Under the pieces are notes generated by a model. The model was not told the DNA's origin. It made no database searches and saw only the letters and a list, made by a program, of their open reading frames with translations. Positions 34,742 through 45,998 of a stretch of 64,000 nt of DNA are shown one piece after another. The DNA is from Emiliania huxleyi CCMP1516. Lineage: Eukaryota. Each line of letters opens with the position of its first letter. Position 1 is the stretch's first letter. The stretch is taken from assembly GCF_000372725.1 (NCBI RefSeq), contig NW_005202428.1, forward strand, positions 1,907,331-1,971,330. The letters are read 5' to 3'. Made by a program: the position numbers and the translations under genes.

Positions 34742-35880
34742 CTGTCCGAGCCGGCTCGGCAGGGCGCGCGCTGGAGTGCGTGGTCCGGGGGGGTTGCGTT
34801 GCGCGCGCTGTTTACGTTTGCGGCGGTACACGGTTGTCGGTTCGCGGGGCCCGGGGGGAGCGCGACACTAACGACTATGCATGTTCTGATTTAGGCTGTT
34901 TTTTAAATGATTTACTATCGTAATACGATCCGTCTCTCACGGCATTGGCAGCCACCTCGCATAGAGCCACCTCCACCCGATCACCACGACCAGACTGCCC
35001 GAGACGAACTCCGCCTCCGCCTCGAGCGGAAGGCCCAGCGCTGCAAAGCCGCCGGCAGAGAGGAGGAACAAGCTCGACCCCAGCCACGCCGCGGCGAGTG
35101 GCACCAGCGCGTCTCGCTGCAGCGTCCTCGTGACTGTCGGACTGTAGCCATGCATTTGAGAAGTGATGGCCACCCACAGTCCAAGCTGCAGAAACGAGCT
35201 TTTAGTGGCTATAAGCATAGGCACTGAGATTATGGTGCGCGCGGAGCGCGCTGGTGCTACTCGGACATACGCGCGGAGCGCGCTAGCTAGACACACGCGC
35301 GGAGCGCGCCGGCCTAGATACCGCGGAGCAGCAAGCAAATCAACGCAACCGTTCGAATGCCGCCGGTTGCCAAGGTGCGCCTGGATTGCTCAGCAGCACA
35401 AGGGATCCCACAAGCATCCACGGAGCCAGCGAGCGCCGAGCGACATTGAATTGACTGAGCCGGACCGGGACATGTCGGCGGGCAAACTTGTAAAATGGTT
35501 CCGATAGCCGAGGTAGCTCCGGCGGACGTGAGAGCACGGCCTGACGATCAAGCACGAGAGCGACGAACGGAGGCGCAGATAACTGGCGATGAACTCACTG
35601 CTGATACCTGCTGGAGCTGCGGAAGATGCAGTAGTACTGCCGCAGACAGAGCACCGCGCCGGAGCGCGCCGCTGGAAAGCACGCGCGGAGCGCGCCGCTG
35701 GAAAGCACGCGCGGAGCGCGCCGCTGGGTAGGCGCGGAGCGCTGCCATTTGAGACTGGGCCTGTGGGTGGGCCGAGTGGTTCCTAGCGTGTGAGTCAAAC
35801 TCTAAATAGAGATCGCATCTAGCCCTCCACAACCCTCAAAATTTTCTTCGGGGCGCGCTCCGCGCGCGGCGCTCCGCGCC

Positions 35881-36223
35881 TCACTCCTTGAGCGTCATAG
35901 GCGCTGGCCCGCACATGTTCTGCAGCTTGGCCCACAGTGCTGCCAGGAGTAATCCCTGTGACTGGGCTGCCAGCACGGGCTGGCTCTGGGTGAAGAGCTC
36001 CGGCTGCGAAGTCGCGAGCGGTAGCAAAGCGGCATCGGTCGCGCCCTGCACAAGCCCGTAGCCTACGAGCACGCTGGCGTCGCCGGTGAGGACGAGAGAA
36101 TCGACATCGTCCCAGTAGGAGAGGCGGAGAGGGTTGCCGCAGCGCGGCGGAGCAGCTCGAGGGCCACAAGAGACGTGCCGCGACGAGAACGACGCAGCAA
36201 CTGGTAGGAGGATGTAGAACATG
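35881..36223 (-). CDS. Short hypothetical protein or gene fragment with signal-like N-terminus
   Basis: MFYILLPVAASFS... followed by hydrophobic segments (LVLTGDASVLVGYGLVQ). May be truncated. Confidence 0.35.
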
Positions 36224-37539
36224 TGCCCCCGGGGGGGCACCGGGTCGCTCGCTCGCTTGGTGGTGTCGGAGGTTTGTCTGCGAAATACCTCCCCCGGTAT
36301 TTATACCGGTAGGGACCACCCGCGCCGAATCCCAGCCCAGGAGTGTTGAGCCGATTCCTCGCTGACGGCCGCGCCGTTCGACGCGCCGCGCCCGGAGGCG
36401 GCCCGATCGCTCGAGAGGGTCGACGCGGCACGCCCAGAGCCGCGCGGCGCGCTCGGCGACCCGCTCGTTGAGGCGTACGGCGCCGCCGCAATCGACAGAA
36501 AATGGCGACGACAGCGGGCACGCACGCGGGCCCCCAGGGCGGGCTCGCCCCGGCCGCGGGTAGCGGAGAGGAGACCCAGTCACCGGGCAGATCGACCGCC
36601 TCGAGCCGATCGCCGGCCGCGCCGTCGCCGCCGCCCAACCTTGCCGCTTCGCGCCCCAGTACGCCGCCGCAGTCCCGCCCGCCGCAGCAGCCCCGCCAGA
36701 CGCCGAAGCTGCTCCAGCGTGGGTCCCGACGGGGCGCCGGTGTCGCGCGGCAGGGCCACCCCCTCGCCTCCGACTCGCCGCCGTACGCCGCCGCCGGCCG
36801 TCACCCTCCTCTGGCACCCGCGCCTCCGCCCGCTGTGGCAGTTCAACAGATCCAGCCCAGCGTCCTCAACGTGTCGATTGGGGACTGCTCGTTCGTTCCG
36901 GCCGAGATACTAGGCGGTGCTGCCGTGCACTGGCGCCAGCGAGCTCCATTCAAATCCCGCGCGCGCGATCGGCAGTCGAGTTACAACCCGCAGCTGTGCT
37001 GTGTGCGCGGCGCGCGCACTCGAAACGTGGTTCGGCGATCTCTCGGCGACCACTCGTCGACTCGCGCTCGGACGCGAGGTGTGCGCTCGCCTGCCTCCCC
37101 CGGGAAGGACACGGCCATTTTCAGCGAGATCTGTGGAATCATCCTCACCACCCCCTGTCCTCACGCCACCCAACCCGTCCGGCTGCTGCCATACTGGGAC
37201 GTGAGTGCAATATTTGTGCTGCCCTCGCCATCCGACGCGTGTGCTCCGCTCCCCGCAGGCGAGGATCGCCATCGCGCACCAACACGCTTCGTTCGGGAGG
37301 CGCGCGGCGCGACCCGCGTTGCGAGATCGTCGGCGGAGCCCGCGTGCTGGCCCTCTCCGGGACCGCCGCCGGGGCCCAGAGGGCGCAGATTCGGCCCACC
37401 AGGGTCCAAGAGGGCGGTTCTGACACCGCCAAGCGGTGCTTTCGTGTGGACCCCGCGAGCTCGCGTTCATCCCTTCAAAAATATTTATTCGCCCGCAGTT
37501 TGCCTCCAGTGCCTCTTTTTGGAGTTTACGTTTCGGACT

Positions 37540-40500
37540 ATGTCGCTGCCCTTGCTGGGGCTGCTTGCCGCCGCTGCCGCCGCCGCCGCCGCGCCTGGCC
37601 GAGTAGTTGTAGTAAACCCCGTGCTAGCGGCGCGTGGAGTTCAGATGCTCTCACGACCGGGCTGCACGGGGAGCCGGAAGGCACACACGAACACTGACGC
37701 CGCAAAAGGGGCTTGGCCCGAACCGTGGGCTGGCCTGCCTGCCCGGCAAGGCCGAGATACCTGGCTACGAGTGGAGAACCTGACGATCCGGAGCGGCGCA
37801 GTCAGGCCCGCTGTGCCCGCTGTGCCCGCTGTGCCCGCTGTGCCCGCTGTGCCCGCTGTGCCCGCTGTGCCCGCTGTGCCCGCTGTGCCCGCTGTGCCCG
37901 CTGTGCCCGCTGTGCCCGCAGACAGGTGGTGCTCTGGGCCTGGCCGAGTGGTGGTCGTGGTACACCCCGTGCTAGCGGCGCGTGGAGTTCAGATGCTCGC
38001 ACGACCGGGCTGCACGGGGAGCCGGAAGGCAACCACTGACGCCGCAAGAGGGGCTTGGCCTGAACCGTGGGTTGGCCTGCCTGCCGAGCACGGCCGAGAT
38101 ACCTGTCTAAGAGTCTCGGCAAGGGATGTGCCCACGTGGTGGGGTTGCCCATGTATGGCGGCTGGCTGGGTGGACGAGTGCGCGTTTATGCCCGTGTATG
38201 CTCACTGGCTGGGGTTGGCCTTGGTCGCATTGGTGATGGCCGTGGTGTGGGGAGCCGCTGGTGCACGGGGCGTGAGAGGATGGCCAGACCACGGGTGGCT
38301 CGCCTGGCGAGGCAGGCCGCCGGGCCTGACCACGGGGAGGCTGGGGCAAACCGGCACCAACACTACCACTGACAGAGAGGACACGAGGGGAACAATACCC
38401 AGGAACGGAGCACTCCACTTCGACCCGTCGTGGTACCCGTCCTGGCCCACATGGGGAGCATACGAACTCACGCCCAGCCAGTATGAAAAACGCAAACAGA
38501 GGGAGAGGCGCCGACCAAGTAGGATGAACAGGCGGAGGAGACTTGGACGGAGGGCACCAAACCGCAGGGCACTGACACAGGCGGCGCTACGGCTAATGCC
38601 GATCCAAGCCCGAAAACGGCGTGTCCGGGCGTGGTGGCGGGGGCAAAAGCGAAGGGAGATGGACCCACACCTAGCCTTCTATGGCGTGCCGGCATACAGG
38701 GAGGGGCGGGAGAGAGCAGGGGCTCGACCTGACGAGGGGAAGGGAGAGGCACAGCCGAGGGCGCCACCTGGGGAGCAGGAGCCAGCAGGAGGAGACGGAG
38801 ACGGGAAGAGAGAGGGTAGGGGCAGGCCGCAATCTTGGGAAAGGAGACGGAGAAGGCGCGTTGACGCCAGGGGCCTGCTGCAGAGGCTGGATGAGGAGAG
38901 GGCAAGGCGGGGGGAGGAACTGCTCACGGATCCCGACCTCGAGCACCTAGGGGTGCCGGCAGACTATGTGTGGCAAATGTCAATACAGGAGTGGAACGCG
39001 CTCATGCGTGCGCTGCACGGCAACGGGCGGGGGGCGGGCCGCGGTGGAGCGCGCGGGGGGGGCAGGGGAGCGGCCAAGGCGCGGGGAGGGAGAAGCGAGC
39101 AAAAGGAGCGGAGAGCGTGCTGTCTCACGCTCAACGTGTGCGGGCTGCACCTGGAAAGGCGGGGTGAGACGATGGAGGAGATCAAGGAGCTGCGAGGGGG
39201 GACAGGGGGCGCGAGTCGGGTGAGAGATACAGGGAATGACACGACAGAGAAGCTAGAAGATGTGATAGGGATCATCAAGCAGGGGTGTGTGACCATCGCC
39301 ACCCTCGCAGACACCAAACAGACGAGGCGAGAGCTGGAAGAGGCGATAGCGTTGCTGCAGACCAGAGGGTTGGACGGGTGCGGCACGCCAGGGTGGTGCG
39401 ACCACATATCGGGGGAGATGCATACCGGGGTCCTGATCGTGTGGGACCCCACCCACATCCGAGTAGAGAATAGGGACACCGAAGGGAGAGCGGTGGCGAC
39501 CGAAGTTGAGGAGGGGAGAATAGTGAGCGTCGAGGTAGAGGAAGTGGCCAGCTGCAGGAAGTGGACGCAGTTTGGGGTCTACATGCCGGTGAGACAGAGG
39601 ACGGCGACGGTGGTGAGACCGACGTGGGAGAAGCTAACAGAGGCGCTAGATGCCACGAGGGGAGAATACATGATCGGGGGGGACTTCAACGCAGAGACGG
39701 AGGAGGCGCTGCGGGAAAGGGGCGCACAGAGGGCGACCCTGGCGGACAGGCTGTTCCAGCAGATGCTGGGGGATGGAGGCCGAGAGCTGCTGACCATGGC
39801 GGACGAAGCCACCTACCGAGCAGGGACGCAGATTGACAATTGGGTGGTCACAACTGGGCTCGCGTCATGTATGGGGCGCACGAGCACAATGCCGGGGGTG
39901 TGCGGTGACGACCACAGGGCGGTGGCGGTGGAATTCTTTGGAGGAGTGGGTGGTGTGGGAGGGCCTCGCGAGTTTCGGGAGCGGGGGGTGAGCACATTCA
40001 TGGATCGGGAGGTGGAGGAGAAATTCACAAAGACGGTACAGGAGGTGTTCGATGACGAGGTGGAGGCCGATGCGGAGAAGGAGCTGAGCGCCTCAGAACG
40101 GCTCGAGAGGCTGACGAGGGTGCTCACGCGACACGCTAGGGCGGTGGTCGCGACCAGGAGGGCAAAGGGCGATGACGAAGCGGGCGGAGAGGAGCGGCCC
40201 GCGGGAGGCGGGGAGGCAAGCGAGGGGGCGGGTGGCCGAGGGCCGCCACCTAAGTCCAAGAGAGAGAGGCTGCGATGGAAAGTGGCGAAGTGGTTCAGGA
40301 TACGGCACGAGGTCAAGAAATGGAGCGGCACAATGAGCGACGGATATAGGAGGGAATGGGAGGGAGAGGGCTTTTGGAGGGAGCCAAACCTGGCGCAGCT
40401 CTGGAAGGCCCTCGAGGCTCAGCCGCAGCTGGCGAATAGAGAAAGGCGCGCGAGGGCATTGGCGGTCTGTGAGCGCGAACGACGCGACGCTGAACAGGAG

Positions 40501-41976
40501 TTCCTCCTGTGCCCGCGGACGGGGGGGGAGAAACTCACAGAGGTGATGCAGGAGGTTGCGACAGAGAATAGCGGCAACAATGCCAGGAGAGTCTTCGAGA
40601 TTCTGAACAAGGAGATGGGCAGAAGAGCGGGCGGGGGGGAGCTGGTTGCGATGTATGAGGGAGGTGAGTGGGTAACCTGCCAGACGACGGGAGAGCAGGT
40701 CTGGCAAAGACACGTGGTGCGAGGGGACGAAGTCCGCGACGCCGCGGCGAGGAGGGGGAAGGAGATCAACGCGCGGAGGGAGGCGGACATGGCGGCGGTC
40801 GAGGCGCTCCTAGCAATGACAAAACCAGCCAGGGCGGAGGCCCAGCCCCCGGGGGTGGAGGGGACAGGACGGCTCGTGGCTAACGCGTTGACGTGGTCGG
40901 CGTGCGAGGCGGCGATCAGGAAATTCAAGAAAGGAAAGGCCATAGGCAGCGACAAACTAGACGGGTACCTGATCCGACTTTCGCCGAGGGGAGTGCAGAG
41001 GGAGTACTGGAGGCTGCTGCAGGAGATTGTGCGGGAGGAGCAGTATCCCAAAGTGTGGAACGACTGGATTGCTATGATGGCAATGAAGCCGGGGGAGGAT
41101 CCGAAGGAGCTCGAGAGGAGGCGGGACCTTTGGGTACAACCACAATCTATGAAGGGGCTGATGCGCATGCTACTGCCAGAATACGACAGAGCGGCAGCAC
41201 ACACGGTACCGGGCTCGCAGAGCGGCTTCACCAAGGGGATGAATGCACCTGCGCAGACGCTAACGGCAAGGCTGCACGCGGAGGAGTGCATGATAGAAAG
41301 GAAGATGTGTGTGAGAGGATACATAGACTTAGGCACGTACTTCATGAGCGTCGTGAATGAGGTGCAATGGAGAGTGGAGGAGTGGGCCGGTGTGCCAGCA
41401 GACGTCACGAGAGTGCTAAAGGCACTGAGGGAAGGGCTCGGCGACCTGCCAGGGCTAACAGGCCAACAGCCAGTGGGACGAACGAGGGCCGCGACGGCGG
41501 CTCAAGCGGGAGGGAGCGGAGACGGTGGGCAGAGAGCAAAGTGGGTGAGACTGATGATGCTCCTTCGACTTAGGGAGCGGTTCAGATGCTGGGCGGGCTT
41601 CAGGCTGGTGCTCACGCGAAAAGGAATCGACGCGATGTACAAAGCATACAAGAAGGGGAGAAAGAAGAGGAGAGGCGCCAGTGATGACGAAGCAGAAGCT
41701 AGTGCAGACGAGAGCAGGGCAGACCCGGGGACTGGGGAGCCGGAGCAGACGGCATCGGCCGCCGAGGGAACGTTGGGAAGAGGCACGAGGAGGGCGGCGA
41801 CTTCGACCGACTATGGAGGACCCGTCGCCAGACGACGCAGGGCAGAAGACGGTGAGGCGGAGCAGACGCGCAGGGTGAGACGAGGGAGGGAGCAGGACTT
41901 TGCGGAGATCAGCAGGAGGATGTACGAAGAGATTAGGAGCAGCAGGGACCCGAGGGACCATGTGGAAGACGGCTAG
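37540..41976 (+). CDS. LINE polyprotein, 1478 aa: hydrophobic N-terminus, APE endonuclease, N-terminal half of RT, C-terminal tail
   Basis: APE: TLNVCGL, GVLIVW, GVYMP, IGGDFNA, TY..GTQIDNW, DDHRAV. RT domains 0-3: KGKAIGSDKL, YPKVW, KPGEDP..RR, QSGFTKG, YIDLGTYFMSV. No QG/YxDD motifs after ~41460. Confidence 0.85.
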   Translation: MSLPLLGLLAAAAAAAAAPGRVVVVNPVLAARGVQMLSRPGCTGSRKAHTNTDAAKGAWPEPWAGLPARQGRDTWLRVENLTIRSGAVRPAVPAVPAVPAVPAVPAVPAVPAVPAVPAVPAVPAVPADRWCSGPGRVVVVVHPVLAARGVQMLARPGCTGSRKATTDAARGAWPEPWVGLPAEHGRDTCLRVSARDVPTWWGCPCMAAGWVDECAFMPVYAHWLGLALVALVMAVVWGAAGARGVRGWPDHGWLAWRGRPPGLTTGRLGQTGTNTTTDREDTRGTIPRNGALHFDPSWYPSWPTWGAYELTPSQYEKRKQRERRRPSRMNRRRRLGRRAPNRRALTQAALRLMPIQARKRRVRAWWRGQKRREMDPHLAFYGVPAYREGRERAGARPDEGKGEAQPRAPPGEQEPAGGDGDGKREGRGRPQSWERRRRRRVDARGLLQRLDEERARRGEELLTDPDLEHLGVPADYVWQMSIQEWNALMRALHGNGRGAGRGGARGGGRGAAKARGGRSEQKERRACCLTLNVCGLHLERRGETMEEIKELRGGTGGASRVRDTGNDTTEKLEDVIGIIKQGCVTIATLADTKQTRRELEEAIALLQTRGLDGCGTPGWCDHISGEMHTGVLIVWDPTHIRVENRDTEGRAVATEVEEGRIVSVEVEEVASCRKWTQFGVYMPVRQRTATVVRPTWEKLTEALDATRGEYMIGGDFNAETEEALRERGAQRATLADRLFQQMLGDGGRELLTMADEATYRAGTQIDNWVVTTGLASCMGRTSTMPGVCGDDHRAVAVEFFGGVGGVGGPREFRERGVSTFMDREVEEKFTKTVQEVFDDEVEADAEKELSASERLERLTRVLTRHARAVVATRRAKGDDEAGGEERPAGGGEASEGAGGRGPPPKSKRERLRWKVAKWFRIRHEVKKWSGTMSDGYRREWEGEGFWREPNLAQLWKALEAQPQLANRERRARALAVCERERRDAEQEFLLCPRTGGEKLTEVMQEVATENSGNNARRVFEILNKEMGRRAGGGELVAMYEGGEWVTCQTTGEQVWQRHVVRGDEVRDAAARRGKEINARREADMAAVEALLAMTKPARAEAQPPGVEGTGRLVANALTWSACEAAIRKFKKGKAIGSDKLDGYLIRLSPRGVQREYWRLLQEIVREEQYPKVWNDWIAMMAMKPGEDPKELERRRDLWVQPQSMKGLMRMLLPEYDRAAAHTVPGSQSGFTKGMNAPAQTLTARLHAEECMIERKMCVRGYIDLGTYFMSVVNEVQWRVEEWAGVPADVTRVLKALREGLGDLPGLTGQQPVGRTRAATAAQAGGSGDGGQRAKWVRLMMLLRLRERFRCWAGFRLVLTRKGIDAMYKAYKKGRKKRRGASDDEAEASADESRADPGTGEPEQTASAAEGTLGRGTRRAATSTDYGGPVARRRRAEDGEAEQTRRVRRGREQDFAEISRRMYEEIRSSRDPRDHVEDG
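37807..37919. repeat. 9-bp tandem repeat (CCCGCTGTG)n encoding (PAV)n, between two ~177-bp direct repeats
   Basis: About 12 copies; flanking duplicated blocks at 37593-37772 and 37938-38114. Confidence 0.92.
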
Positions 41977-43879
41977 TGCTAGTCCCCCATCGGGAGGACG
42001 ACCCCGGCTAGTCGCCGACCACACCCACAAAGAACCCTGCACAAAGATCGCAAGGGCGGGGGCCTGTTCCTTTTTACCCATCTCACAGTAGAGAGGTGTC
42101 CGTTTTTATTTATTTATTTATCCAGTGCCTCTGTGCCGCGGAGGCGCGGGGCAGGGGACCTTTTTAAACCGCACTCTCAAACATCCGCGGCGCACCAGTC
42201 GCAGTATATGGAGCCGGACAGCACGCAGCGGAGTATCACTCGCACGGCCCGTGGCACCTCCGTGCAGCCGCGACCGCGGCGAAGCGACAGAGGAGAGACG
42301 AGAGCGGCGGCTGCAGCGTGGCACGAGGGGTACAGTGACGGGAGTCGTTCGAGCTTGCCCTTGAGGACGGAGTTGGTTTTCGCCTGCGCGGCGGGCGAGA
42401 GACGAGCTCGTGAGACGGCGGCGCGGGCCGAGCGCCGCGCTGCGGCTCGGTGGTTATGCCGCGATCGCGGGCGACACAGCGAGCGCGGAGCGTCGGGATG
42501 GAGAGGTGGGAGCGAGAGCGCGCGCGTCGGCCGTCTCGGGCCGGAGCGAGTCGTGCTGACCTCAGCGCACGCTCGCGGCGCCTCGAGGCCGCGCGGCGAC
42601 GTGCAGGAGACGGCTTTTGCGGCCGCCGTCGAGGCGCTGTCGAGGCGCCGACTTTGCCGCGCCCGTACTCCACAACGGCGATTCGAATTCGGACGAACCC
42701 AGGGTGTGCGAGGGCCGCGACGCCGAGGCCGGCACGGGACGACCGAACGCGACGGCCGCCGACCAACCACGCAGCCGCAATCACAGAATCGGCTCAACAC
42801 TCCCTTCGGCGCGAGTGGGCGTGTGCCGAAGGCGAAGTGGAGTCCCGCCCGCCACGCAATAAGCGCAGATGTCCTCTTCAGCCTGCCGAGAGCCTCCTGG
42901 CCCGCGCGCGCGCTCCGCCTGGCGCGCGGAGCGACTCGGTGGACGTCCGAGCCCGCCGCCCCTCGCCACTGCTCCCTGCTGGCCCATGCAGCGCGACACC
43001 GCCGGCGCTGCGCCTGCTTCCTTGCGCGCCGCTGGACGTCGGCCGAAAAGACCGCTTCCCTCTGGGGACCCGACTCCGCGAAGATCGCGCGCGCGTCGTG
43101 AATGCGGCGCGCGCGCGATCTCCGTTCCCGGGCACGCCGGTCGCAGTGGCATGGGATCCCAGGCTCAAAAGCGCTCAACAGCGAGCGAGCGCCGCCGCTG
43201 CTCCTCCTCCCGCCGCCGCTCCGCTCACCGAGACAAACTCGGTGCCGCCGTTCTCGCCGCCGCCGCCGCCGCCGCCGCCTCGCCCCTCGCCTCCGTCACC
43301 GCCGCCCTCCATCTCGCGGCGGCGTCCCTCTGATGGCGCGGGCGCCTCGCTCGCCGGCGCGCCTCGCCGCTGCCCCCCTCTCGCCGCCGCTCCGCTCGTG
43401 GCCGCCGCCTCCCCTGTCAATCCCGCCGTCCGCACCACCGCTGCCACCGCCTCGCGCCTCGCCGCCGCCGCCACCGCCCTCCCCCTCGCCGCTGAGCGGT
43501 GCTTGCGACGAGCCTCTCACACCGTCCCGGCCGCGGTGCGCACAGCCTGTGCACCCTCTCTCCTTCTCTGTACTCTGACTGCGCCGCCGGCGCCGCCACG
43601 CATGCAGTTGGGTGCTTGGGTCAGCGGCGTGAGCCGAGAGGTGGCCCACCGCTGACAGCGCTCCCGAGAGGGCGTACGCGCCCCCCGGCAGCAGCTCCCC
43701 TGCCCGCTCCCCTCTCCGCTCTCGCGCCACCCCGCGCGCGGGGGCGTGACGTCTGTAGCGAGGCGACGGTGGGACGGTGTCCGACCCGATCTGGGGTTTT
43801 CATATAATGCGGCTCTACTCGTATCGACCAGCAATAAAATACCGGGGGAGGCCTGCGCAGCCTCTAAGACCGGCTCTAA

Positions 43880-44960
43880 CTATAAAAATCAGGGGGAACT
43901 CTGACGGAGAGGGAGGTCCCCCTGATACAGACATGGGTGCGAAACAACGACAAGACCAAGGCACGGGCAGAGGAACGAGAGAAGAATATAGAGTGGATAA
44001 AGCGCCTGTTCACGGCATGGAGGGTAAGCCACGCCGAACGCAAGGAAGCCGGGGAAGACGACCCCGAGGAGGACGAAACACCAGTGGAAATCCCGCCGTC
44101 AGCTGTCACGATATACCCGAAGGGAACCCCAGTGCCAACACCGACCGTTGAGGTACAAGTGTTCGAAACGAGAGTGGACCTGAGCAACGACATGACAGGG
44201 CGGGATATGCTCGCAGTGGGAGTCAGAAATGTGGTCCTTGCGCGAGGAATGCTCGATAAACTCGAGGGACCAAAATACACGGAGAGGAGAGCGGAGTTAC
44301 GCAGGAAAGGCGAGAGAAGCAGCGAGAGCAAGAGATCGGCTGACGACAGCGGCGTCTCAGAACGAGGCCGAGGAGAGCGATGAGTCAGGGGAAGAGACAG
44401 CAGGAGAGAGAACGACGAGAGTGGGAAGAACGCGAGGTGGCATGAAGGTCGCTGCGAGAATTGGTGAGAAACTGCGGAGAGAGATAGGAAGTGGTAGACG
44501 CCCGAGGGTGGGCGACGGCTAGCACCACACTCCTCTCCTTAAAATCCCTGTGTGGTGGCGGCGTACCGTCCTCCCATCCCTCCCTTGGGTTGTCTGTTTT
44601 CTTTCTTTCTTTCTTTCTTTAGGTCCCCCTGATCGTCCTTCCAAAATCCTGCTCGTGCAGGTGTGGACCCTGTCGATGCAACGACTGCGAAATAAAAAGC
44701 TGAACTCTGACGGAAAGGTGAGAGGTGGCATGAAGGTCGCTGCGAGAATTGGTGAGAAACTGCGAAGAGAGATAGGAAGTGGTAGACGCCCGAGGGTGGG
44801 CGACGGCTAGCACCACACTCCTCTCCTTAAAATCCCTGTGTGGTGGCGGCGTGCCGTCCTCCTATCCCTCCCTTGGGAGAGAGAGAGAGATTTTTAGCAA
44901 TTTGGGTTGTCTGTTTTCTTTCTTTTTCTTTCTTTTTGACGGAGAGGGAGGTTCCCCGTG
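43880..44960 (+). mobile_element. LINE 3' fragment (family C) with tandemly duplicated terminal ~155 bp
   Basis: Remnant ORF (WIKRLFTAWR...LDKLEGPKY). 44434-44589 is repeated at 44722-44877; both read ...RREIGSGRRPRVGDG* and are followed by the CACCACAC..GTGTGGTG hairpin. Confidence 0.75.
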
Positions 44961-45869
44961 TTTGTTTGATTTGCTTTTTTCTACAAAGGCCAGCGCCTCC
45001 CGATTTGTTTGTGTCTGTGTGCAAAGGGATCGGCATCTGAACCCGAAGGTCGGTGTTCAGCAAGTGGTGGTGGTGGTGAGCCGTGTGCGCGGCTCTGCGG
45101 TATTGTTGATCGCGGGTGAGGCTGCAAAGCCATCCTCGATCCGGGTGTCGTCTCAGACGACTGTAGGATTGGCATAAGGAACTCGTATCCGAGTGGTTTG
45201 GGGGAATGGTGTCCATACGACACCGGGCTGTGACTTAGCACATGAAGAGGGTTGACTGTCTCGCAGCGCGCGGCGCAACGGAGCAGTTGGAGAGCTATTA
45301 CGTGCCAATGTTTGGGCGCCTATTCGGCGCCCAAGGTGCCTATTCGGCGCCCAAAGGTGCCAATATTAGGGATCTAGGTGGCAAGGCGTGCCACTGCACA
45401 GGGTGTGGGAATATAGGAATATAGGTAGACTATTCATCTCTGGTTGGGGGGGAGAGAGAGTGATAATAGGGTGGTGGAGGTGATTCTCCGGGTCAGTCTG
45501 GAGGCCATTCTCCATCCACAATCTCCTGCGACAAAGCGTTTAGCCACGCACCCACTTTTTCAGAGGCACGTGGTACCTCCAGAGGCACGTGGTATGAGAA
45601 AAAACGCAACGCGGCCAGGACGAAAGAAAAACGTGGGAAACGCCTCTATCTATCTATCTTTCTTTTGCGCCTTTTAGCTCAATGGGAGAGATTCTTCTCT
45701 CTCTTTGTTGTTTGTTGCTCTCTTAATGGGAGCAGGGGAGCAAGCAAGGGGAGAGAGGTGGTACATGTATTCTCTAGGCCCCAAAAGGCCCTAACCCCCT
45801 ACGCGCGGCGCGAGAGCTCGGAAGCGAGCTTTGCACGGCGATCGAGGACAACAAAGGCGCGCTGACCGA

Positions 45870-45998
45870 ATTTAAAGAAAAGGACGCCGCGTGTCATCGC
45901 TACAGCCTTGACTCAAGTAAGGAGCAGATTGGCCATGGCGCAGCAGTTGATCAACATCTTCCTCTGCCCGCCCGGCCTGCTCTGCCTCGACGACGGAT
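45870..45998 (+). pseudogene. Truncated 5' duplicate of the gene at 46595
   Basis: ATGGCGCAGCAGTTGATCAACATCTTCCTCTGCCCGCCCGGCC..GACGACGGATC plus upstream sequence copies 46535-46659. 45660-45845 also copies 46010-46135. Confidence 0.8.

Larger units (their letters stand above)
37517..42120 (+). mobile_element. TSD-bounded LINE with APE domain and internally deleted RT, 4604 bp
   Basis: 12-bp TSD TCCAGTGCCTCT at 37505-37516 and 42121-42132; (TTTA)n tail ~42103-42120; single ORF with APE and partial RT. Confidence 0.92.

Noticed and set aside
35235..35880. Reiterated GCGCGGAGCGCG motifs as a defined element
   Set aside because: The motif recurs, but no termini or TSD could be resolved.
36502..37539. 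N-terminal 346 aa of the 1824-aa ORF as part of the LINE protein
   Set aside because: It lies almost entirely outside the TSD-defined element boundary (37517), so it is chance read-through in GC-rich DNA.
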